Shown in pieces: positions 54,761-64,000 of a DNA stretch of 64,000 nt. Position numbers and translations under genes: made by a program. Below the pieces are notes generated by a model. That model saw only the letters and a program-made list of their open reading frames with translations. It made no database searches and had not been told where the DNA came from. The DNA comes from an uncultured virus (IMG/VR IMGVR_UViG_3300046812_000144) (Duplodnaviria > Heunggongvirae > Uroviricota > Caudoviricetes). The stretch lies in IMG/VR virus record IMGVR_UViG_3300046812_000144. One strand, given 5' to 3'. Position 1 is the first letter of the stretch, and each line of letters starts with the position of its first letter.

Positions 54761-54761
54761 G

Positions 54762-55034
54762 TCAGGCTCCTTTCGGAGGAGTGGGGATCACGCCACGGGT
54801 GGCAGAGAACTCACGAGGGTCGACGTAGTTGCGGTGCATCGAGTGCGAACGGGCGGAACGCGCCATGCGCTCGGCGTACAGGATGTCGGACTCGCTGGCT
54901 TCAGGGTTTGCTTCCTTGAAGACGACGCCACCCTTCTTGCCAAGCTCGTCGCAGGTCCCGCACCATGGAAGTGAGAACTCCGAAGGCTGAACGGGGCTGC
55001 CGCAGTTGCGGCACGTCGAGGACATCTGGGACAT
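54762..55034 (-). CDS. Small zinc-finger protein
   Basis: CRNC...CGTC; AAGGAG RBS. Confidence 0.6.
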   Translation of the reverse strand: MSQMSSTCRNCGSPVQPSEFSLPWCGTCDELGKKGGVVFKEANPEASESDILYAERMARSARSHSMHRNYVDPREFSATRGVIPTPPKGA

Positions 55035-55713
55035 TGGATGACTCCTTGAGGGAAGCAGCGAAGGTCGCCGCACTGGGGATCGAGAGGATCGTCGTGCTCT
55101 TCCCTGTGTTGCGGAAGTAGTAGTCGACGTCCGGTGGGACTGGCGTCACGCCAGCAATCGCCCACTCAGGCAAGTGCCGTGCGATGTAGGGCGGTCCGAG
55201 GCGGACACCGATGAGGTCGTAGTCCGTGCCGGGTGCATGAAGCGAGAAGGACGTGTCGAGCTTGAAGTCGTGGAGAGCGCAGACCCGATCGTACTTCCAC
55301 GGGCGACGTTCACGCTCACGCTCGATACGAGGTCCGTGACGGTCATCGATGTAGTCGGGACGGTCGAGGAGGATTTCGAGGTCGAAGCCGGCCTTCGGGA
55401 TGCCCGTCTCATCGATGGCACGCTGAAGCATCTTCGGCCAGTCGCGTGGAACGCCTGAGATGTCGAGGTCTGGGTCGGTGATTACAAAGGGTTGCGTCGC
55501 CATCTCGTCACGAAGGACGTACCATGGAGCGACGTGTCCGATGTTCGCTCCAGCGTGAACTACGCGATAGGGACAGGTCTTGTACCAATCGAGTAGTGGC
55601 TGGTAGGTGGAAGCATTGTCGAGGAGAACAACCTCGTGCCCTTCTGCCGCGAGCTTCTCTGCCATGGCACGAGGCCAAGTGAGAAGATTGTGCATGTTGA
55701 TGATGCAGAGCAT
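54901..55713 (-). CDS. GT-A fold (GT2-like) glycosyltransferase
   Basis: VVLLDNASTYQPLLDWY, NIGH, FVITDPD and ARHLP. Confidence 0.75.
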   Translation of the reverse strand: MLCIINMHNLLTWPRAMAEKLAAEGHEVVLLDNASTYQPLLDWYKTCPYRVVHAGANIGHVAPWYVLRDEMATQPFVITDPDLDISGVPRDWPKMLQRAIDETGIPKAGFDLEILLDRPDYIDDRHGPRIERERERRPWKYDRVCALHDFKLDTSFSLHAPGTDYDLIGVRLGPPYIARHLPEWAIAGVTPVPPDVDYYFRNTGKSTTILSIPSAATFAASLKESSNVPDVLDVPQLRQPRSAFGVLTSMVRDLRRAWQEGWRRLQGSKP

Positions 55714-56024
55714 CACAGGTTCCTTTCGTTGGGCTCCACCGGGCCAGTACCGTAGGTGATGTCGAGGGCACGGGTGATCCATGGAGCATCAATGCCCCAG
55801 AGGACGTCTGGGGAGGGAGCAAGATTCTTGTCACGTTCACGCGCAGCAACTCGAACGATCCGGTGAATGTGGACGTCGTCGTTGTGCTCGACCACGAACA
55901 TCAAGATGCCCTTGGCGTTCGTGTACCAGTACATCTTGTTTGGCTCGCACCAGCAGTCGGTCGAGTCGCGGTGACCGCTGTCGGCGAGGCAGATGTGAAC
56001 TTCGTTGCGCCGTTCCATCTTCAT
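55713..56024 (-). CDS. Hypothetical protein with His/Cys motif
   Basis: H...H..STDCWCEP...HN. Confidence 0.6.
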   Translation of the reverse strand: MKMERRNEVHICLADSGHRDSTDCWCEPNKMYWYTNAKGILMFVVEHNDDVHIHRIVRVAARERDKNLAPSPDVLWGIDAPWITRALDITYGTGPVEPNERNL

Positions 56025-56419
56025 CTAGCCTCCTTGTCGGAGTCGATGAGTTTCGCGTTGATCGCCTCGGTCCACAGAGACACGCGCTTTGGTGACTTAC
56101 GAATGTAGGCGACCATGTGTGCATCCATGGCGAGCGCGAGGACCTCGTCGAGGTCGTCCTTGAAGCGCCCAAGCGACATGGGGTACACCATGACGTGGAG
56201 CAGTTCGTGGACCACGGTGCCGATGTGGTCGACGTTGCCCGTCTGTTGGTTTGCGTCGACCTTGATCTTGATGTCGGTCGGCGGCATGATCTCGTTCCAG
56301 AGGTTGTGCCCCTGCTGCGCGGTCATGTGCTGATAGGTGAGCGTGACTTCAGGGTGCCGGAGAAGTTCCAGCATCACCCGGTGGAGCGACTGTGTCGATA
56401 GTGGATACGAGCCCTTCAT
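56021..56419 (-). CDS. HExxH (zincin-like) protein
   Basis: TVVHELLH followed by a distal Glu. Confidence 0.55.
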   Translation of the reverse strand: MKGSYPLSTQSLHRVMLELLRHPEVTLTYQHMTAQQGHNLWNEIMPPTDIKIKVDANQQTGNVDHIGTVVHELLHVMVYPMSLGRFKDDLDEVLALAMDAHMVAYIRKSPKRVSLWTEAINAKLIDSDKEAR

Positions 56420-56996
56420 GAGCTTCCTCCCTCGCTTCGAGGCGGGATGAGAGAGCCCTAACGACGTCGGCTGCCGGGTAGGAGGCGAAGAGCACCTCGA
56501 CTACGAAGTCGACGTCGGCGATCGACGAGGTCAGGTCCTTGTAGCGGGTGAAGGCCATGGCGCGCGTGAGGGGCGGGCCCGGCCCAAGGTCACGGATCTT
56601 GACGGCATCGCGGAGCTTGCCCCACTGGACGGAGGCGCTCATGCGCGTGTCGGCATGGAGCTTGGGGTCGAAGGCGAAGCGGATGCACTGCTTGAGCATG
56701 CGCTTCTGGACTTCGTCGTCGTCGAGGTCTTCGAGGAGCGACATGTCAGCGAGTGCCATCATGGCGTCGTGGTCGAGCATCCCCGAGGGCGGGGCCGGAT
56801 CGGCCGGTGTGGCGTCGGGTAGGACGGAGGTCGCCTTCCGCGAGGGCGCGAGCTTGCCCTCCTCGACGAGACCCTTGCGCGCGATGGCGATGAGGGCCAC
56901 CGAGCAACCGGTACCAGCCGCCTGCTGCTCCTTCGTCTCGTCGGGGTGCGCGAGGATGTAGAGTCGGGCCTTCTGGAGCTTCGTCTGGGGGGCCAT
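56349..56996 (-). CDS. HTH protein, candidate terminase small subunit
   Basis: First gene of the late arm; N-terminal HTH-like HPDETKEQQAAGTGCSVALI; AAGGAG RBS. Confidence 0.55.
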   Translation of the reverse strand: MAPQTKLQKARLYILAHPDETKEQQAAGTGCSVALIAIARKGLVEEGKLAPSRKATSVLPDATPADPAPPSGMLDHDAMMALADMSLLEDLDDDEVQKRMLKQCIRFAFDPKLHADTRMSASVQWGKLRDAVKIRDLGPGPPLTRAMAFTRYKDLTSSIADVDFVVEVLFASYPAADVVRALSSRLEAREEAHEGLVSTIDTVAPPGDAGTSPAP

Positions 56997-57103
56997 AGGA
57001 ACTCCTTGCAAAGGTTTGACGTTAGATACGTCCGAGTATATGGACGGGACAGGGGCTGCCCACAAAGTCATGACATCCATGCGGGTCACTGGGGGGCCCT
57101 TGC

Positions 57104-57178
57104 TGGCACGCATCTTGCTTGGGCAAGGACCATGCCACGCTGCTGGCACGCTCTATGCGTAGAGCAAGGCCCGTGCCA
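57104..57178. promoter_or_regulatory. Four sigma54 (-24/-12) consensus sites in two convergent pairs
   Basis: +57104 TGGCACGCATCTTGCT; -57137 TGGCATGGTCCTTGC; +57144 TGGCACGCTCTATGC; -57178 TGGCACGGGCCTTGCT. Confidence 0.75.
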
Positions 57179-57184
57179 CAGGTC

Positions 57185-57206
57185 GGTGGGTAACTCTAGT
57201 GTACCA
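57185..57206 (-). promoter_or_regulatory. Extended -10 promoter with conserved phage motif, copy 3, facing the late operon
   Basis: TGG-TACACT-AGAGTTACCCACC; 18 bp identical to 4351-4368. Confidence 0.7.
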
Positions 57207-57597
57207 CGTTCCACCTTGCAACGCCCCCCGCATGCGCCACGAAGCGTGTTACCACACGCAATGAGCCCGGCGGGCGGAGCGCGGGATGCCGGTGTGTCCA
57301 TCCTGACACGGTCAGTTTCTAGCCGCTCCTCCCTCGCTGGCCCTGTCCGGGCAGAAGTGCCCTAACCCCATGGCGCACAAGCACTTAGACCATTCGCTCC
57401 CAGACGCTCTAGGATGCCCCACAATCGCGTCGGCCCCCCTCCGAGGATGGCCGCACGGGGATTTACCTAAGTCGTTGTCGCCCATGCATTTACGCCATTC
57501 GAGCCCGCTGGCGCTCGCCCGTCTCCGGGCATCCTAGGAGGCCGAGAACGCCCTCTCATTGACAACGCCTACACAAAACCGTTTCACTCTGCACCAC

Positions 57598-57737
57598 TGT
57601 GGCAACTTTGACACATGGACGCGCGAAACGCCTCGGGCGTTCTGCCCCGAAACACGTTGCGCTTTGCCCCAATCTGTGAGATGCTCCTCCTGTAAGTCAT
57701 TGTGCTGCAACGTGACAATCGTGGCACACGGATTGCA
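57598..57737 (+). promoter_or_regulatory. Sigma54-type promoter with upstream palindrome and IHF-like site
   Basis: TGTGGCAACTTTGACACA (57598-57615), TAAGTCATTGTG (57693-57704) and TGGCACACGGATTGCA (57722-57737). Confidence 0.65.
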
Positions 57738-57749
57738 CTGTTCCATGGT

Positions 57750-58450
57750 GGTAGCACGGTCGCCGGTCCGAAACCGGCGCGCGACACCGGAACGCACCGG
57801 CAGCCCGCCCTGATAACCGTATCTCGGTGGACGGCAAGCCGGCCGGCCCCGCGAGGGGCACCCGACAGGGCACACGGTGGAGTGACAGGGGAATCGGATG
57901 CACGCACAAGGCCCGCAGCACGCGAGCCCAACGCGGCCCCCACGGTCACATATGATGGACGCCGGCACACGCGAGCGGTCGCGGTGACGGGCAGCGCACG
58001 CAGTGCCACCACCCAACAGAGCCCTTCGGGGACAGCGAAGTCGAGGGTGTCAAGCGTGCGACAATGCCCCGAGCGAAGCGCCAGACTGTAAGGTGTCCAG
58101 ACTGTAGCACCCTGCTACGCTTCACCCTGCACTTACATCCCGGCCACCGCACGAACCAACGGCAACGCGAGCAGCGCGAGGGAAGCCCCGCGAGCCTGCA
58201 CCGCCGCCACCTCGTGCGGGGCCGGAGTGTAAGCGCAACAGTGTATCTTAAGAACCTACTACAACACCTGTGTGAGAGTCCCACCCCGTTACGGCGGGGG
58301 GTGGGCCCCCTCACGACGGTGTAAGGGGTGGGGGCCACAATGTGTAAGCCCCGCGAAGCGCCCCCTCTGGCTCTGTACCAAAACGCCGCCCTTCAACCAG
58401 AATCGCGTCGCACCCCTCACCACGCACAATCGCACCCCTTCCAATGCGGA
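57750..58450 (+). ncRNA. Candidate ~700-nt structured leader or large ncRNA
   Basis: No convincing CDS; GNRA and UUCG tetraloop hairpins and long-range helices. Confidence 0.45.
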
Positions 58451-58456
58451 GGCTCC

Positions 58457-61438
58457 ATGTTCAAGCACCTGAAGCGCGCCACCCTCGTCGAGTGTGAGTC
58501 CAACGACGCAGCCGGAAACGACCTGTACCTCATCGCCGTCTGGGCCGATGACGCCGAGACGCAGTCCGCCACCGTGTGGTGCGCTGAAGTCTTCCGCAAC
58601 GGCGGCTCCATCGTCCGCTGCTGGCACCCGACGCGCCGTGCGGCCGTCGCGTGGGCCAAGAGCGAAGTCGAGGCCGACATCCGCGTGTCGGTGCTCCGAT
58701 GACCTGCCGCTCGCCCAAGCACCCGTTCGTCGTGGAACTCCTCCTCAAGGGCCGCTGGCGCATCGAACAGACGTTCGCCGAGCGCGACGCTGCCCGCGAC
58801 TTCGCCGTCCAACTCCTCACCAGTGGCGTGCTCCGCGAGCCCATCCGCGTCCGCGCTCGCAAGGTGGCCTGACATGCCGCGCACCACGTTCGCCCTCGCT
58901 GCTTCGCTGAAGCCCGGCGACCTCGTCGCCACGTTCGACTCGGCCGACTCGCGCACCGAGGCCCTGCTCTGGCTCGAAACGCGCGCCTCGCACCGCATCC
59001 GCGTCAACCTCGACATCCTGACCATCGCGACCATCCGCGTCGACGAGCACCGCACGCTCACGTCCATCCGCATCGGAGGCACGCTGTGACGCACACCTCG
59101 CACATCCTGCTGCACCTGCCCGACCACCGCATCCTCTACACCGGCCTGTCGCGCACCGAGGCCGACAAGGCTGCTGCCGCCGGCCGTGCTGCCGGCTACC
59201 ACGTCACGACGCAGGCCGCTCCCGTCACCGGTTCACGCCGCTCCATCTGGCACTACACAATCGTCGGCATCACGGAGGCCGCGTGACACGCACCGGAACC
59301 TACCGCGCGCTGTATCTGTTCGCGGTCGCGGCTGACGCCTACGCGTTCGCCAAGCAGCTTCAGGAGGGCGTCGTCGCCTCATTCGGCGAAGGCGACGACC
59401 AGTGGGAAGGCCTCGACGTGTGCGACGCTGGCGCGACCATCACGGTCCACACGCGCGAAGAGCGCGACCCCACGCTGCGCCATGGCCTCATCAGTGTCGA
59501 GGCTCGCATCCCCATCGCCTACGTCCCCACCGACTACTGGTTCTCGCCCACCACGGACGACAACCTCATGACGGTCGACGAGCAGGGCAAGTCCACGCAC
59601 GGCGAGCCCGTGAAGTGGGGCCTGCTCCGCAACGCGTCCACACTGCCCACGCCGGGAGGGAAGTCATGAAGAAGTTCTGGGTGTATCTCACGGTCAACGG
59701 CATCACGCACGTCCGCTTCGTGGACGAGCGGCACCTCGACGAGACGCTGACGGCCTTCGCCAACACGTTCGCGACCGAGCCCTACACGGTCGAGCGGAAG
59801 GCCGCATGACGCTCGCCTACGTTGTCCTACTCGTGGTCGCCATCGTGCTCCTGCACGAGAACGACTACCCACAGCCGCCAGTCTGGCGCAAGCGAGGGCA
59901 CAAGTGATACTCGTCCACGTCGTAGTCGAAACGTCAGCGTGCTCCTTCGCTGAGTACTCGGTCCACGCCAACAACCGCTCGCGGCACGCCCTGTCGGGTG
60001 CCATCCGCAACGCCTTCCGCAAGTACCCCAACGCACGCTCGGTCGAGGCAGAGTTCGCCGACGAGCGCGACTCGCGTATCACGCTCACGCGCGCCAACAC
60101 GCTGCGCGCTCAGGAGGCATAATGTTCAAGCTGACCGACTTCACCATCGAACGCGCGGGCAAGAACTATGCGGTGTACCTCGCCGCACAGGCGTCGAACG
60201 GGCCCATCGCCACGCTGCCCACCGTCGAGGAGTGCGCCCGCTTCGTGCGTGCCCTCGTGGACGAGAGGCTCTGATGCCCACCTTCAAGTGGCACCACATC
60301 GCGACGGGCAAGTCCATCACGCTCGTCTGCACGCTCACGAACGGCAAGGTCTGCATGCGTGACGAGGACGGGAACCGTCTGTACCTGAGCAAGTCCGACC
60401 TCGCGGCCGAGTACAAGGCCGCCACGCTTCACTGGCAAGGGAGGTAGCACATGAGCAGCGGCGGGTACCAAGGCGCGCTCGAAGCAGCAGGCGCGACCGT
60501 CCACACGTTCGATTCATTCGGCGACTATCAGGGCTCGTGGTTCGCCAAGGTCACCTTCAACGGCGTGACCGGTTGGGTGCAAGGCGGCTACGGCTCGTGC
60601 TCGGGTTGCGATGCGTTCGAGGCCGAGATGGGCTACGAGCCCTACGACGTCGACGACGACGACTACGCCCACTATAAGGCTTCGTGGGATGCACGGCTCA
60701 AGAACTTCGGTGCCTCGTATCTCAACGCCCTCCAGACGTTCGACGAGGTCTTCGCGCCCTACAAGCGCAAGGTCGAGGGACCGCGTCTCGACTACGAGTG
60801 GCTCGACGAGGACGACCGGGCCATCTACGACTTCCTGAAGGAGAACCAGTGACCACCTACACGTTCACAGTCCCCGTGCTGCTCACCGTCACGGTGAACG
60901 CAGCGCACTCTGAAGACGCCGCTGAGGATGCGGCCTGTGCAGTCCACGCACTCAACGTCGACCTGTCGAACATGGCCGCGAGTGCTGGCAACGATGACAT
61001 CGTCATGAGTGACGGGCCGTACGACCTGACGCTCACCGATGTCTCACCCGAGGAGCGCGACTGATGGCAAAGCTCTTGCGGTTCGAGGTCACGGTCGAGC
61101 GCACCGAGACGACCGAGTACAAGCACATCGTGCTGGCCTACACGGAAGAGCAGGCCGAGCGTGTCGCGCTCAACGGCGGATACGAGGGCAGGACGACCGG
61201 CCCGCGCTTCGTCGACGAGGACGAGGAGGGCGAGTACATGGACGGCGACTCGGAGGTCAAGGACGTGACGCTCATCGAACTGAACGGCGACCACTACGTG
61301 AGCCCCATCGGCCGTGGTGACATCACCACCTGCGCGCTTTGCGGCGAGCCCGTCAGGTGGACAGGCACCGACCGCACCGAAACAACGCCCCTCATCCCCG
61401 GACCATGGGTCCACACCAACGCACCGGAGGTCAAGTGA
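58457..61438 (+). other. Array of about 12 small early hypothetical genes: 58457-58702, 58699-58872, 58874-59089, 59086-59286, 59283-59669, 59666-59809, 59904-60122, 60122-60274, 60274-60447, 60451-60852, 60849-61064, 61064-61438
   Basis: Repeated GGAGG RBSs and start-stop overlaps; layout typical of a host-takeover region. Confidence 0.75.
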
Positions 61439-62565
61439 GCACGAACCTGATGCAAGCGAACCGTCAGTGGGCCGAGCGCCCGGCTGACGAGCGGTTCCAG
61501 ACGCTGTCCGACATGCACAGTGCCATCGCGAAGCGCGACACGGCCAGCACCGATGGCAAGGTCCGCATGTCGCATGTCGGCCTGCATGTCAACGGCGAGA
61601 TGACGATGGTCGGCACCAATCGCATCGCCAAGTTCACCCACTGGTCGGCCGGCCAGATGCTCACCAAGCTCGGCGTGCCGCGCGACCTGCTCGCGAAGCT
61701 CTCGCCCGACGTCGCGACGAGCGTGCTCATGGACCGTCTGCCGGCCGCCCTCAAGGATGGCTCGGTCGACGCCCGTCAGCGCATGCTGCTCCAGAGCGAG
61801 GGAACCACGGACACCATCCGCGCGTTCCATGGCTCGCGCTACGAGCGGCTGTGGGACAAGCAGGTCACCTCGATGCTCATGGAGTACCTGCCGCCCGGCT
61901 GGCGCAATCCTGTCGCCTTCAAGGATGGCAAGTGGGGCGCTGAACTGGTTCCCTCGGGGCTGTACGCTGGCGACCGTGACATGTTCGCCATCTTCATCGA
62001 CGGCGGCGACTGGAAGGACCAGCCGGGCTCGTTCGACGTGGACGGCGACGCCTTCCACCGTGGGTTCATGACGTGGAACAGCGAGGTTGGCGCGCAGTCG
62101 TTCGGCTTCATGCCGTTCAACTTCCGCGTCATCTGCGGCAACAACATCATCTGGGGCGCTGAGAACGTGCAGGTGTTCAAGGCCCGCCATGCCGGCGGCG
62201 CGCACGACATCTTCAAGGGCCTGCGCCGGTTCCTGACCACGCTGAACGAGAGCACGAACGCCGACAGCTTCGTGGTCGCCGTCCGCGATGCGAAGGACAC
62301 CATCGCCATCTCGCTCAAGGGCGCTTCGACCTCGATGGGTCGCGAGCGTATCCTCGACGAGGCGTTCTCGAAGTTCAAGGGCAAGTTCACCCAGACGGTC
62401 ATCACGGACTCGCTCGACGCCATCCTCCGCGAGGAGAAGGGCGCGAAGGGCACCCGGTGGGACTGGCTTCAGGGCTTCACCTCGGTCGCGCGCACCACTG
62501 TGAACGCGGACGAGCGCACGAAGATCGAGACGACCGCGAGCAAGCTGCTGCTCGCCACGAAGTAG
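61435..62565 (+). CDS. DUF932-family protein
   Basis: QWAERPADERF, SRYERLWD, LYAGDRDMF, WNSEVG and RVICGNNIIWG. Confidence 0.75.
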   Translation: MSTNLMQANRQWAERPADERFQTLSDMHSAIAKRDTASTDGKVRMSHVGLHVNGEMTMVGTNRIAKFTHWSAGQMLTKLGVPRDLLAKLSPDVATSVLMDRLPAALKDGSVDARQRMLLQSEGTTDTIRAFHGSRYERLWDKQVTSMLMEYLPPGWRNPVAFKDGKWGAELVPSGLYAGDRDMFAIFIDGGDWKDQPGSFDVDGDAFHRGFMTWNSEVGAQSFGFMPFNFRVICGNNIIWGAENVQVFKARHAGGAHDIFKGLRRFLTTLNESTNADSFVVAVRDAKDTIAISLKGASTSMGRERILDEAFSKFKGKFTQTVITDSLDAILREEKGAKGTRWDWLQGFTSVARTTVNADERTKIETTASKLLLATK

Positions 62566-62634
62566 CCAATCGCGCACCACGCGCGGGAGGTGGGGGGCGC
62601 GCATCCTAGAACGCGCAGTGACCTTGGAGGCAAC

Positions 62635-63408
62635 ATGAAACTCTTCCTTGTCGGTGGCACCGTCCGTGACCACCTGTTCGGGCTGCCGCAGGGGAACGAT
62701 GTCGACTTCGCTGTCGAGGCCGAGTCGTTCGCTGAGATGGAGACGGTGCTCGTCGCACGCGGCCTGCGCGTCTGGCAGTCGCGGCCCGAGTTCGTCACGC
62801 TCCGAGGGCAGATGCCGCTCTCGGCGCTCGGCACCTTCGGGGGCCTGCTCGGGTTGCGTGGGGGCAAGCACGGCAAGGCGTCTTTCAATCCCGAGCACGT
62901 TGTAGTCGATGCCGACTTCACCCTCTGCCGTGCCGAAACTCAGTACAGCGATGGTCGGCACCCGGACAAGGTGACGCCTGCTGACCTGCTCACAGACCTC
63001 GCGCGCCGTGACTTCACGGTGAACGCTGTCGCCGTCAGCGAGGACGGTCAGTGGGTCGATCCGTTCCGTGGTCGGCGTGATGCCGAGTACAAGGTTCTCA
63101 GGTGTGTGGGTTCCGCGCTCCACCGTTTCGAGGAGGACCCACTGCGCCTGCTCCGTGCTCTCCGCTTCGCTGTCAAACTCGACCTGATGCTGGATGTCTG
63201 GCTCAGTCGAGCCCTCGACGACATGGCCGTCGTCAACCGCCTTGCCACGCTGCCGGTCGAGCGTGTCAGGGAGGAGCTTGGCAAGTCGTTCGCACACAAC
63301 TGGCTCGCAACCGCTCTCGCGCTCGCGACCGACTTCACCACCGTCGGCCACGCTGTGCAAGAGCACTTCCCCACACTGTGGCTGAAGGCCACGACAGAGG
63401 AGAGATAA
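62635..63408 (+). CDS. cca: CCA-adding tRNA nucleotidyltransferase (class II, short)
   Basis: LVGGTVRD, DVDF, DLARRDFTVNA, DPFRG and RFEEDPLRLLRALRFA. Confidence 0.9.
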   Translation: MKLFLVGGTVRDHLFGLPQGNDVDFAVEAESFAEMETVLVARGLRVWQSRPEFVTLRGQMPLSALGTFGGLLGLRGGKHGKASFNPEHVVVDADFTLCRAETQYSDGRHPDKVTPADLLTDLARRDFTVNAVAVSEDGQWVDPFRGRRDAEYKVLRCVGSALHRFEEDPLRLLRALRFAVKLDLMLDVWLSRALDDMAVVNRLATLPVERVREELGKSFAHNWLATALALATDFTTVGHAVQEHFPTLWLKATTEER

Positions 63409-63409
63409 C

Positions 63410-63793
63410 ATGAAGTTCGACATCAGCAACATCGGCGACTACGACATCATGAGCGCACTTCGTGGGCCGGATGCCTCCACGAGTGCAGCGACACACGCGA
63501 AGCACTTGACGACCTCGGTGCTTCGCAACCTCGCTGGCATGGAACGCAATGACAGGTGCGTCATCTTCACGCCGGACGAGGCGGCCCGCGAGTGGGAGAT
63601 GGCACCCCTCCATGAGAAGCTCGCGGTGCTCGACTTCATGAACAGCAACTACCACTTCGAGTCCCACTTCCGCCGGGCGCTGAACGTGATGGCAACGCGC
63701 GGTGTTCCCGGTGTGGCGGCGTACAAGAAGTGGTACTTCGACAATATCGACGGCCCTGCGCGCGTGCGCGCGGCGCTGCCGGTGAGCGTGTGA
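63410..63793 (+). CDS. Hypothetical protein spanning the assembly overlap
   Basis: GAGGAG RBS; its 3' end is duplicated at 1-94. Confidence 0.7.
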   Translation: MKFDISNIGDYDIMSALRGPDASTSAATHAKHLTTSVLRNLAGMERNDRCVIFTPDEAAREWEMAPLHEKLAVLDFMNSNYHFESHFRRALNVMATRGVPGVAAYKKWYFDNIDGPARVRAALPVSV

Positions 63794-64000
63794 TGCACCT
63801 CCACCTGCTCCCGTCCCAGTGGCTGATCGCTGGCATCGGTGTCCTGATGCTCATCATCATCGAGGGTGCCGTCATCGGTGGCATCCGAGACTTCTGGCGT
63901 TGGAAGTCCTACGGCATGGCGTGGATCGGGGTCATGTTCCTGTTCATCGTCCCTGCCCTCGCAACCGCGCTCGTGCTGAATGCCTGCGGCCACTAAGCGC
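63700..64000. repeat. Terminal direct repeat / circular-assembly overlap, copy 2
   Basis: Matches 1-301; implies a unit genome of 63,699 bp. Confidence 0.97.

Noticed and set aside
58064..58324. 86-aa ORF with CPDC in the leader region
   Set aside because: It has no clear RBS, atypical codon usage and a single CxxC, and it overlaps predicted RNA helices. It cannot be fully excluded.
1..64000. Prophage or temperate lifestyle, with the tRNA copies as att sites
   Set aside because: No integrase, repressor or flanking host genes were recognised. The tRNA-like elements are full length rather than 3' fragments.

Overview
This is an apparently complete, circularly assembled high-GC tailed phage genome of about 63.7 kb. 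Bases 1-301 repeat at 63700-64000 with 4 mismatches. The gene set looks podovirus-like and I recognised no integrase, so it is probably lytic. The + strand arm (about 58.4 kb, across the junction, to 25.8 kb) carries many small early genes, DUF932, a CCA-adding enzyme, RtcB, an Rnl2-type RNA ligase, an NMNAT-Nudix/NAMPT NAD salvage pair, GroES, replication genes, lysozyme and a tRNA/ncRNA cluster. The replication genes are a RepA-like helicase, RepB-like primase, Sak4-like ATPase and a UDG-fused PolA. The - strand arm (57.0 to 25.85 kb) carries terminase, portal, scaffold, major capsid, tail, ejection and holin genes. The two arms converge on a bidirectional terminator. The most notable observations are: (1) a complete CCA-ended tRNA-Gln(CUG) cloverleaf on the sense strand inside a 1321-aa virion protein gene; (2) seven small, mostly basic head-module proteins that share an N-terminal MA-x(0-2)-R-x-N-P tag; (3) four sigma54-type sites in two convergent pairs, plus a fifth with an enhancer-like palindrome upstream of a ~700-nt structured leader; (4) a non-canonical tRNA-His and a CCA-ended rod RNA, in a genome with several RNA-repair enzymes. 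All protein calls come from motif recognition by eye; no database searches were run.
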